Source: Iphione sp. A-MEVVRFRX5 (Eukaryota). Taken from it: 64,000 nt of DNA. The notes beneath the pieces were generated by a model. It was not told where the DNA came from. It saw nothing but the letters and a program-made list of their open reading frames with translations, and ran no database searches. Position 1 is the stretch's first letter. Each line of letters begins with the position of its first letter. Both the position numbers and the translations under genes were made by a program. Shown piece by piece: positions 23,761-36,580 of this stretch. The stretch lies in assembly GCA_976226885.1 (NCBI GenBank), contig OZ320315.1, positions 84,320,001 through 84,384,000 of the forward strand, read 5' to 3'.

Positions 23761-26700
23761 CAGGGCATGATTGTTAAGTACTACATGTATCTACACACGT
23801 CAAAAGGATGACTACATAGGTGTGTATACATGTATACTGAATGGTGGTATTCAGCAGTATTTCGTAAATATAATTTGGATAGGAGGCAAAGTCCATACTG
23901 CAGTTTTAGGTTATATAGACACATCACAGATTAGGAGCATGCAATAATTAATGACACTCTCTCATTTCTGACTTCAACAACTCAAGGGTATCCTGCACAT
24001 CAATATGAATTACTTTTCTCTCATTGTGAAGCAGAACAGTCCTTTGCTGGCTCATGAAATACCAAAAGGCAAATAGGGCGAAGCTGGGCAGGTATTGAAG
24101 GTAAACCAATCTGGCTTGAAAGGGTATTTTGGGGGGGTTTATTTGACAGGTCTTATTATATACGAGGCGCACAGACAACGTAACGCTCCGGTGACATGAG
24201 AAAGCACCTCTGATTTTTGCTCAAACAGTAATATAACACACATTGCCAGATGTTACCGGAATCAGTACAGATAGGACACTCTAATATACCAGAACCATTC
24301 TATATATAAACATACACGTATACATATGAAACCTTGAGTGACTAAGCCCAAGTCAAATAGGGTATACCTCTTACTTGTAGGTAGAGAGGAGTAAGATGAA
24401 GGCTGCCAGATAGGAAAGGATTTCCAGTGGCAGTGTGCCGGTTCGTCTACTATATCACTGACCTGGCCTATCACTTACCTATGCTAACTTTGACAGAGAT
24501 CCTTGATAGTGGTAGGTTACAACATAGTAGCTTACTACCTTGAGACACCTATGTAGGCTGCGAATGGCTCTCCAGAGCAAGATTCTTCCGCAAGATTACA
24601 GACAAGGTTTGGGTATATGATACTCGAAATGGACACCATGCCAGAAGAGGTTGTGGGTGCCCTTCGGATGCCCCAAACATGTCAAATGTCTAAAGCCCTG
24701 ACATAGGTATTACTAGTCAGAAGCCCATCTGGGATCCTTATGTCTACATTGACCAGCCCAGCATATCATGGTGTATAAAGTCATGATAACATTGTGTGCC
24801 TGAGAAGCAACTGATATGCCAAGTACTATTCAGAAATTTGTATACTATAATGCAATAATACTCACCTAACCCTCTTAGCTAACAGACCCAGCTGGGCCAG
24901 GTAGGTCAGATATCGCATCTCCGCGGATAATTTATGTTCTTCATGATATATTGGCACCTAATAATCGGGGCCTGGGAGCCCGATCTCCAGAACGACCCTC
25001 AGGCTTGCTTACCCAGGCGGCTGACACGTGCACTACATGCTACCAGTCGGGGTTGGGTGGAGAGAGGGGAGGGAGGCTGGTTGGGATCTAGAGTGGGGCT
25101 CGAGTCCGCCCAACACTCCCACGTTCTCCAGAGTTATGGATACTCTCCGGACCGGTGGCCCGAGTTCAGGCTCCATCTGGTACCAAATTATAAAGAGCGA
25201 CGTACTTACCATTAATCAGCCCATAGGGCTACTACATGTGTTCTAACTACATGTCCACGGGCCACGTGCAAGCTGGCGTAGTTGTAGAGCAATATAGAAG
25301 ACGGGTATTGTATTTCTTAACCAAAACTCTCACCCTATCCCATATTAATAGACTTTATCATACTCATAAGAAGAGACGTATGGAACTTAGAAAAGGCCAA
25401 GATTTCTGTTCGAGAATTCGGAGAACACAAAACATAGCACTATAGCGCAAATGATATAAGTTTGGAATGGCTTTCACAATGAAAACAAAATGCATATGGA
25501 TATTTGCCTGTGGTATATGCTTATAATCTGTCGGCATTATGTTCTGTGTGGTTGTTGTATTTACACGCGTTTGTTTACGTTGAGTCAACGAGCAGTCAAT
25601 TGAAAGCGCGGAGAGCATTTGTTCGGCGTTTGTCAGAAATAATCTGCTGTTTATGTTTACAAGCTAAGAACATGTGCTACCAGTGAGGCACCGCTTATGA
25701 GATGGTAGTGCACCATGCGTAATGCTTTTGTACATCTCTACCTTGCAGGTCACGCGCAGACCACATGGCACCCATACATGCCGACTGGTTTGGTTGTTTG
25801 AAAAAAATAGAAGTCATCTTTCCCTGTCTAAGCACCCCTGTGAGTTGCCACCTGCATAAGCATATGCTATTTCCCTCGTATTTTAAGTGTCATTTTTATG
25901 GCTGATAAATTATATATACTCTCGAAAATATGTACCCACATTCACATTTTTCCTTACCGCCGAGTACAAACATAAATCATTTCTACCTGATGTTCCAAAA
26001 GCGTATGTTCTGTTCAAAGAAACTCCTGCCTGAGTGACTTTAAACGTTTTGTAGGAATAATTTGACATTGTTAGCTTTCATAGATATAAATCACAAACAT
26101 TTCAAATCTACACTACTTAAAGCTCCTTGACGTGTAAACTATAACCAAAATCATGGTGATCATGAAAGATTAGTCAATTATGTGGTATTACATTTTGTCA
26201 GAGTCTATAATGTCATGCACACGAAAGGGAGAACTTCCTTTCTTCTACATTCTAGAATTACAGTAAGACCTCCAACCTCCTTGCAGTTCTATATGTACTA
26301 GATAAGAGATGAACTCAATAAGATATAATCACATCCAAATGTTGCAGAGGATTACAATAACACTGCGGTGTACATCAGTGTCCTGTAATGACCTATTACT
26401 CATAAAAGGATACCAGCTGTTCCAAAGGAATTTTTTACACTGCAGCAAACACAAAATAGCTCTTCCTACATACGAGGTGACCCAGAGTACGTTTGACCAT
26501 CACTTCCTACGAGTTCATTGGTAGGCATGACCATATGTTTTCGATAGACATTTCATTTTGACTTGTTTTAAGGCAGCGAGAATAGTAAGGGCTGGAGGGG
26601 AGGGGGGCTGAATATGATGCCATGCCTTGACGAAATGAAAGAAATGAAAGTATCGGATGCGATATGTGGTCATGTTCCTTCATGAGGAAGGCCCCCCAGG

Positions 26701-29700
26701 GTAAACAACACCACTGTACATTTACAAATAAGCATAACTTGATAATAATTGGAAATAAACATTAAATTGCCACTCGGGGAAAATAGTAGTTACTGCTAGT
26801 TGTAAGGACTTATGGGGAAAATGAACGGAATGCATACGGTGTAGTCACTCTACAGGTCATATATCATAATATATGTGAAACTAAGTTGAGAATCAATTTG
26901 TCAGCTTCGGAATCACTAAGTCCATCTTATAGGATAGATGTAATATTCTACACTCTTTTTCAATTTAGCGCCGTGAAGGAAATACCTCCGGTTCGTTAGT
27001 GATATGAGATGGATTACTTCTCTGTTGATTAGACGCCTTAGTCTGGAACCAGATGGTAATAGGTAATTGCACCTGTGAGTACGTGTATACGTGTAGCTCC
27101 TGACAGGTTCATACCAGAGCCAGACGTGAGGATTTATAAATTGGCAGCAAATACAGTATAGTACTCCAACCGTCAGAAAATGATGGATGAGGGACGGCAG
27201 TCCAGCCTACGCCAGATTTTCTTAAGAACTAACATGTAGGTGTAGTCCAGTGGAGAGCTAGGTAAAATAAACATGTACGTAATAGGAAAATATATGAACC
27301 GAACTGCAGGGGAGCTTCCTGCAACATATATCGACTCGAAAGCGCTGTGAGTTGTGTCTACAAAACGACGCGGGTGGAGAGGGCTCGATTCTATCTAGTC
27401 GTGATGTGATGAGCATCACAGCTGCAGTGAATATTGCAATCCAAACGGGGAAGGGACCACGCAAGGGTAATCACAGTGTACTGATCACGAGCCTTCAGAC
27501 ATTCGCTAACGTGGATGTTAGATTTAGACACAAAAAAAACAGAAACGACTACGTTAACAGTCCTTCATCCTCGGCACGCAGGATTATCGGGTCAAAGGAA
27601 TAAAAAAGCCCGCCATTTTAAAAATAATATGGAAGAACGTGCTTAAAAGTAGACACGATAGTAGTTTTGTTTTCCCTTGCCGTTCTTCTTACTAGATTCT
27701 GGTTACATTTTATGGTGCGCATCCATGTGATCCGGGATAAGTGGATTAAGAGGAGGCAAATATTAAATTAAGAATAACAGGAGAAAGATTTTAAATAAAA
27801 TATCAGACGGATAATGCGTGTTCTGTGGCGTGATTCGTTTATGGGAAAAGGCTCCAGACACCAGCAACTGGTAACATGCATTTGTGCACCACCACTGTTG
27901 CATTATTTTTCCCTACATGGGGAAAAGCCGGAGCCCTATGACCTTGTCACGACCTCAAGTCGACCCATGAGTGACCCTAAGTTATTGACATGCCCCATGT
28001 CAGTCGCTGTACCAAGTTTCCTCTCTGCAGGGGACCGCAGGGCCATTAACGCAAAGAGGACAGCCATGACCAGCTACAAGAAATGTCGTCATTAGGGATA
28101 GGAGGGAGAAGAGATGAATGCTAACTCTTGATGAAGTAAATGCAGCAGCCTTTGCCGTCGTTTAAACGTTAACGTAGAAAGTGGCAGATGCCAGTGATAC
28201 TCCTTCTATAGGGAACGCATACTGCGTATGCTATTTTTTTTTTATAGCAACGTATTTCTTCATCGTTATGGGCACAGAGAGTTTGCAGGCAAATGCCGTA
28301 TATAATTTTTCCTAGAGGTTTACTTGTACCATGTGCATGGATATATTTGGATCTTTCTAAGATCTGTTCAAATCGCCAAAGGTGTAAGGTTAATCTGTTG
28401 AACGATTTTTCACAAAGATCATTTCTACTTTTCCGAATGAGTAGATCCTTTGCGTGACGTTCCCTGTAAAGGGCCTTTAAGTTGAAATTAACATCGCAAG
28501 GGCAGCTGAGTCTTTATTGTCTTGTGAAATGCGATACTATAAGACATCACGTAAGGTTGGGTGAGCTCAGTTGTCAGCCCGGACAGAAGAGGGCGGACCT
28601 TACGTTTTCTCAGCGTGCCCATTGCATGATGGTTTAAAGCGCTCTGGGTCCAAGTTCACCGAATCAGCTCGCCATTCATGAAATCCGTCAAATCAAGCGC
28701 GCTCAAGTCGTCTGGGGCGGCGAGAGATTCGATGTGGCTTTGCTTTACATCCACCGGGGTCCAATGGCGCCATGTTAGGAGGGACGGCGCGAAGGCTTGG
28801 TCTATCAAACAACATTCACTGCGCATGTCTGATGACAGTCGTCAGGCACGTGATCATACTGGCGAGGACGTCTGGGTGATGTTTACTGGACGAGGACAAG
28901 GAAGGAATCTCTTACTTTTTTCTTACAATTGCCTGTTATTTCCCTGCCCGACCGTGAACAGTACCTATTGGCGTCTTGAAACACTATGTTCATGGACCCA
29001 GATAGGAAAACGGTCCATTTGGGGCACGGTGTTCCCGCGATAAAAAGCTCCGACAGCAGAAGGAACTTCTGCTCCATACATTAAAACCAAAAATAGCAGA
29101 AGAATGTAAAAATAGACTTCGCGGTTGCTTCTTATGATGTAAGTATGATTCAGCAACATGGACAAGGCAGCTCAAGTTCTCAATAAAAAGGTTTTCAGCC
29201 AAAAAGTGTCTTCAAACGAATCCTGCAATCCTGCCCATTGATAAATGCAGATACATGTAAGTAGGATTTACGTGTTCAATGTATTTTGATTACGGCATGG
29301 TTTGAAAGTACGGCAAGTATAATTCGACACTAGTATTGCAGATGTACTGAAAAATCATTCAAATACCTATACGCCATACAGCTCCAAGGCACCAATGTTC
29401 ATATATTGTATCTATTTTGAGAGGAGTAATCTGGTCAAAAATAGCAATCTTAAAGCATCATAGAGGACCAAACATTACAAAGAATATAGATACAACCTAC
29501 AGACCTGATCCGGAACTACATGGATACACGTTTAGGAGAGAGAAGTTAATGTCACCAAAATTCTTCCTTCTAATAACAACCACCAGGCACGAAGAGACAG
29601 GAGAAATGACAGAGATGTTAGCCAGGAGTGAACAGACGTAGGTTCATGACACAAAGCGGCTCTACGTGGAGCACATTTTGGCAGACGAATTAGCCTCATT

Positions 29701-32700
29701 TCCTGCACGTTAATGAACTGCTTCCATGGCTGACGCCAGACGTGAATAGATTACCGGATCACGTTTTACGTAAGAAACGCAGCGTCAGGCTAGACCGGCC
29801 CTGGCATACATCAAAAGCCAGCAAATCAACAACTTACAGATGAAACCTGGACGTGTAAACATAATACTGAATGAGACAGACGACTGGCGCCTACAGTGCA
29901 TTTGATGATTACACTGATCTTGGTTAAATGTCCATAGCTATGTTGAAAGTACATGTACAACTGAAGTATAATCGTCGTGCATATGATCCCATTTATGTTT
30001 ATTCATTATCAAGAAATCAGATCCCCCACACAAAAATAACAGAGGACCGGATGCAGCGCACGCGGAAACCGGAAGTAGGCTCATTTCTAGGCGCCACCTA
30101 CGTTGCAACCGTCGCCGACTTTCCCCCTCCCACCCACCCCTTGAGCCTTGATCATTTGCAATCACGTGTATAACGGCAACGCCGGCCTCCCCATTGTATC
30201 ATTAATAACCCTCCTGAAAACCGAGATTGGTCGACCTAATCAAGGGTAACTGGGTGCGAGCGTGTATAGTATTGCCCTAGATGTGCACTGGAACATGTTT
30301 TGGACTACTCCCTCCCCCCGAAGCTCGGCAAGGGTGGGTATCCTCGCGTGCTGTTTGTCCCCCATGTGGACCATTACGGCCCGCATGTGTCGTTACCAGT
30401 GTCCTGCCCAGTGGGACAAAAATCAGAGGTTTCGTGACTTCAAACGCACCTGCATCGAGACGCCGTTGTGCTGACGCCATTGTGTCGATGCCTGCTGAGA
30501 TACAGTGTAAGATCCCTGCTGGCGGATTGAGATTATTAATGGCTAAAAGACACATTTAAAACAGCATAAATGATCGTTTGTGAGGAACACTCATGTTTCA
30601 TGGGTCAAACATGTCCATGCAAAAATCAATTAAACACACGTCCACATATACATGTATATAGATACATGTATATATTGATATACTGATATAGGTCAATTTA
30701 TTCTATGTCGATGCCAAATAAGTGTTCAGTGGGATTAATAACTTCTGTGGGTTGTGGGGTTGTGCACTAATTTTCAGTGTAAGGTGTGGTGTGCCATGCA
30801 CATATTGCTGCTGCGATACTTCTATCAAACAGTTCACATAACATATCTTAAAACCCACAGATATCAAGCATTCTCTATTTACGCGTTGCATATATAATTC
30901 ATACAGATTTACAATACATATTACATTTTATGGTAGGTATTTACATATTTACATGCAAAGTAAACAGGCAAAGAGCACGGGAAGGCAGTAACATGTCCAT
31001 GCCTATTCATATGAAGCTATGAAGATAAGTTCAAATGTTATAGCGAGGGTAATGACACTATGAGAGCGGCTTTTGGTCATGTTCAACAATTTCACATTAA
31101 ATGCATCCACTCCTAGCTACTACCGTGATTTGCAGGCAAAAGGTGGCATGATCTCAGATCCTTGGCCACTAAAAGTTTGGAGAGTCCACAATCCCAGATC
31201 CCTGGGTAAAAGAAAGGTCGTGGCACCATCTTTAAGACATAGTCCATCACACAAGCAAACTTTTCCTGCCGTCTGTCACAACCAGCGCGCAGACGGTGAT
31301 AATCCCCAGCTACAATGGAGTCGCCAACCTCCTGGATCTCGATCCTATTGCGTAGAGATTATCGCGCACAAAATGTCATTAAGTTAAGGCTCGGCTGTGA
31401 GGCTGATTTCAGCAGGCCGGTCAATGGACGCTTTCTGTGGCACCGTTTCTTTGGTTCCACCCCGGATCTTTGTTGGCCGCCGTGTGGTGCCAGGCGGGAT
31501 TAGCACGGATTAGCGAACGGGGAAAAAATGACTACTTTAAAGATAGTGGGAAATCGAAGGAGCTCAAGCGAGTTATCCACTGGCTCAACATTGCTTGGTC
31601 ACCTCTGCTCAAAGTGACTTTAGTGATCGGTAATAGGCCCCCTGCCGGCAGGTACAGGTACTGTGCACGACTAGCTATTCGGGCCGAGTACGTAATACAC
31701 TCTGAAAATAAACCCAGCGATCAGTTTTTTTCAATAGAGCGAGACTAATAGGCGCTTTAGTACATCAATACGCACGTACATGAATACAACACATAATTAG
31801 CATACCTAGCATATTTGTCGTATATATTGGTCTGCTTTTTCCTCTTGTAGCTCCATGTACAAAGGCAGGTTATCACACTACCTCAAAGTTGAAAGGAAAT
31901 CTAGGTTATTGGTGTATACAGGTACAAAGAACGTACGTGAAGGGTTAATAGACCATTGTCTATGTTTTGGATCTCTATGTTAATATAAGGGAGCCCGTAC
32001 TGATGACTCAGAGAATCAGTATTGCTTTGATGTGTCCGACACGAGAAACTTCCTCGCTACTCGGTGGAGTAATCGTTTGAGCTTGCGCAGCAGGATAACT
32101 TTTTAGGCCCAACTTATTTTTCAGGAAGACTGAGATCGTTTCCAGGATGATATTATCTATAGCTCGTTTCAGTAAGCAAAAACCGTTTCTCAAAGGTAAA
32201 TGTACGTTACAGGCTAACATTATGTTTGCCTTCTGTAACTGGTACGATAAATAAAAAAAATCCCCTATTAGTTATGTATACATGAAAATGTGAACTCTAT
32301 TTCAGATGTCTATAAATGTGTACCTCTTGCTAGATATAAAAGAATACTTGACAACTTATATGCATATACCCATTCCCTTCGGGAAATGTTGACTACAGGG
32401 AAAACGTCTCCTCTTTAGCTACATGACAGACGATACATGTAGATGTATACACATACATATACATTTATACTCGGTGAAGAAATCATTCTTTCAAGCATAC
32501 ATTAGCAAAACCTGTTAGAGGGCAAATACAGGTAATCTATAAATACAGGTAATCTATACAATACGAAGACACCGGAAAAACATAACTGAGAAAAAAGTCC
32601 TTATATTACAGAAAGTGAGTATACCGAATTGTCTAGTCTTTAATTTTTATAACCCTTCTTCATCATCTATGATAATCATTTTTGCTTTAAATAATAGTTC

Positions 32701-33337
32701 AATTATTTTATTTACATTCGAACTCCACTCCACTCCACTTTCCCGCATTCGTATTATTCTGATACGTGTACATCTGGAGCAATCAGCTCGTTAGAATAAG
32801 TGGTGCGCTCTCCGTTGTATGCAGCTTTATCTTAAGTGTATTTCATATTGTATATATAAAAAGAAGCTTATATGTACTAATAATTCCCTTTGTAAATTGA
32901 CAGTTTACCAACGTTCATCGTGAAGTTTCGGGAGCTTGTTTCCCAGGTGTTGTTTCCTCTGGTAGTTAGTCACGAGAGGCTTTAGTGGCCACCACCGTCC
33001 CAGATGGGAAAGAGAGGTGGATTTTCACGGCCGAGAGGTAAGTGGTTCGCAGCACACAGCTTGATTGGCTGGGTTCTCTGGCGTCACTATTTAGCAAGAA
33101 CTTGCCATTAGGATCAGCTGGCCGCGCTGGCCGCCACTTGGTGTCCCATTACAATATTGAACCTTGGGATCTGTTTTGTGGCCGACCACCCGAGACCCGG
33201 GACGTCGGATCCGCTAATGGAAGTCACACAAATAAGGCGCCCGGCGGCTCTTTTTGATCTAGCTCGCACCTCTCACCTTTGATCCTCCGGCTTTCGGCAG
33301 GTGGGCCGCCACTTGGGGATGGGGTGGAGTAGGTGTC

Positions 33338-33353
33338 GGGCGGGCGGGTGGGG
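33338..33353 (+). other. Canonical G-quadruplex motif GGGCGGGCGGGTGGGG
   Basis: Four G-runs with 1-nt loops, just intronic of the donor at 33397. Confidence 0.5.
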
Positions 33354-33396
33354 TTTGTGAAAATACACATAACGACACCCTGGAGGCACATGTTAC

Positions 33397-33680
33397 CTGA
33401 GGGCTCCATGCCTCAGCGACCCGGTTGTAGCTACGACTCTCTTGAGACCATTCAAACATGCAGTTTTCGTCGCAAGCTTCGATAGGCAAGCCCTCCCCGC
33501 CCCCGCCAACACCACCACCTCCCGTACAGTGAAGTCTCCCAGTGGGAACCCCAGCCACCGCTGTTCCCACCTGAACCTCCTCGTTGCTTGTCGGTGGGGG
33601 TCTTTGATGCTGTAATCAACAACTCTCCAGACGTCCCGTCACGGCCAGGAGGGCCATCGAGGAGTCGGCCATCTTGACGC
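33397..33680 (-). other. Candidate promoter and first exon; CDS start MEPS with a phase-1 end (33397-33409)
   Basis: YY1-like AAGATGGCCG on the minus strand at 33666-33675, in a CpG island. ATG in GCATGG context, then the donor CAG|GTAACA. Additional donors occur nearby (about 33570 and 33278). Confidence 0.35.
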
Positions 33681-36566
33681 CGTGTGTGGCGAAGGTTTCA
33701 GGGCAATGCGCCCTCGAGAGGACCGGCCTGGATGTAAGCTGGTCTATCACAAAAGGCGCTTTGGTCACAATATCCTATTGATTACAGGAAAAGTTGACTC
33801 TGACGTAACACAGGTTAAGGTTCTTTGGCAGTGGGAAAGGGGAGACCGACATGCAAATGCGTGACATGTTTTTGTAATGACCTCCTACTTGAAGAAGGCT
33901 ATTTTGACTCTCTCATTTTCTGTGGGGTATGTAATCATTCAGAAGAAAGCTGATTTGTGCCTCCTAAGTGTAAATATACTCCCGAGTTGGTTTTCAGGGA
34001 AAAAAATCAGTCGACTTCAAGAGCTATCAACGTTCTTTGTGTGTGTTTTTTTTTATCGTGAAGCTTTTTGTGTTATTTCATCTCTTGCGAGAAGGCAAGA
34101 AATGTCGGCTGCCGAGCCAAAACATGTGCTTTTGTTAGTTTTCAAGGCCTTTTGTCCGCCTCTACTGCTTGCATGTTCGCATGTTTGAGTCGGCCATGCT
34201 AATAGTCAAATCATGTCGTCCGTACCGTGTGCACTGGGGCAAGGGGAAGGACCTACTTTGAACAAAGCACATTAGATACATTATGTAGCGACCGCAGAAG
34301 CCTCGGTCCGGGTGACATACAAAAAAAAGTGTTACTAAGCGCACATTGAAGAATTATTAGCCGCATCTGCTGTACCGACTGACCTTAAGTCACTGTCATT
34401 TGCATAAAGCTTACGCTGGGATGACTGCATAAGATATCCTTGTGTGTATCCTATGTTTACAACCATAGAGCGAGAGGAAGAAACACATGTATTTAGGCGA
34501 GGTCTCATAGTACAATTATATCATGCGGCACGTTTCCGATTGCTTGCTTTCGTCATAAGTATAGGACGGGGTAAATGTTATTATAACTGTCCTGTGATGA
34601 TGTATGAGCACTTTTAAAGGCCCCTATGTTGACATTACCGGCAGTAATAGCATAGCCTCCATGTACTTTTGGGGCTGCACGTGTGCATGATGTGTGCTAT
34701 ATCTACGTTTTACGTTCTATTTCCGACCGAACGTCCATTTTAAGTCAATGTTGCAGATGTAAGCGTGCTTACAGATGGTAAAGATATGTGGATATAAGTT
34801 ATCCAGTGTATTCGGCACTTTCTTGCATTCATGTAGACCCAATGTAACTACATCACAGGACTTATATATACATAATTATAAATACACATGTACAGTGGTG
34901 TCGAGCAGAACTAGCATCCCATTTCTTTGATGGGTTACACCTATGTTATGAACAAGTAGTTGATCCTGCCTCCATCCTCCAATCTCCTACTTCGGACTCG
35001 TATATAAATATAGTATATCGCATTTTATTACTGTTGACTATTTTGATCATGTGCCATTAGGGCTTTGTTGTATATAAGGGCCGAACCTATGTAGTATATA
35101 ATCACCCTGTCTAGAGTTTTACACTGCCATGGATCTTCCTTATCCTGGTGATAGGGGAATGTGAGACCTTCTCATACAACCCTTCTCTTCAAGGCTTAAA
35201 CGCCACAATATACACATACATATGTACACCTACGACACAATACCAGAAAATGTAATTTTGGCCATCATCACACAACACCGTCACAAAGCAAAACTGGAGC
35301 AAACAAAGAAGCTTTCCAAATAACAACGCAGAGACTGATGTTGACGCCGTTCTCCCTCGAGCCAGCGGTGATGCTGGACCTGTGCCCAATGTTTCAGCTG
35401 TTGCCAATCATGATAACCTGGCCGGTAGAGGGATCTGTTATCGCGGCAAAACATGGACGCTCCAACGGCTGGGCTTCAGCAATGAACCCACCTGCTCAAC
35501 GTGGACCCGTTACTACGGAATGTGGACAACGTAGCCATAATGAACTCGAGGCCTCTTGACCAGAGGTGCTTTTAGCGTCAGATAATGTCAATGGATTAAA
35601 TTTAAAATGATCATGTCCTTGTAATACTCACGATGCGACCACATCTCGACCGTTCACTAACCGCTTTCACTGTTAATCTTGCCCTTTCACATTTTTCTGT
35701 ATTTTTAAGTCTAAAAGAATTAACTTCCCCTTAAGGAAGAAGGAACAAATCATAATCTGCATGGTAACGGCAATAATGGTCAGTAACTCGTGATCGGTTA
35801 CATAACTCTATGACACTAGCCCCAGGAGGTAACATAAAAGACAGCCATGAAAGATCAAAAATTTCACAAGTGGATTCAATGTTAACATTGAGAGACCTGA
35901 CAGTGATAATATAACGTATAGAGGACCATCGCTCAACACTGTTGCCTCAGAAATATGGAATGTAAAATATCTACGATACGAGGTGATCGGGATATGGGCC
36001 AGACCCACCGACAACAATGACACACGAATACCAATGCGGGTAAACCACCACACTAAAACACCGGCCACTTGTAAAACCGGGTGAAATGCTTGTGCACATT
36101 ACTTGTGTGGCGCGCCACAGATGCATTCCTTCGACGCAACTGGTTTATCAACAACAAAAAACGGCGCTAACTAGACAACCGGCAGCGGGACAGAATGGGG
36201 GGGGGGGGGTGTGACCAGCCCGCGAAGAGCAACAGTCGTTGACGTTCGACGTGCCGCCCGACGCTCCGATCTCTCACTCTGACTGGTTGACCTGTAGAAG
36301 GTGAATCAACCGAGAGGTGAGACACCTGCTCCTCATCTGGCTACCCCACACTCCCCTAGGTCCTTCTTTCTCCGCCGTAAACAGTCACCCCCTCTTCACC
36401 CTCTGCGGCGTCTCTGGCTTTCTCTACCTTTACATCTCCTCCTTGTCCTACAAGGGCCTAGCTTGGGAATCCTGCTGCCCTGATGGGCCAGCGGGACGCA
36501 GCAGCAAGTCCACCGAAGGAGGGGGGTCACTGCCATTTTGGGGGCCTATCCTAAGTCAACTGAAAG

Positions 36567-36580
36567 TTTGCCATGGCAAC
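36567..36580 (-). promoter_or_regulatory. RFX X-box (GTTGCCATGGCAAA on the minus strand)
   Basis: 13/14 match to the canonical palindrome, in a GC-rich island at about 36170-36800. Confidence 0.6.
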
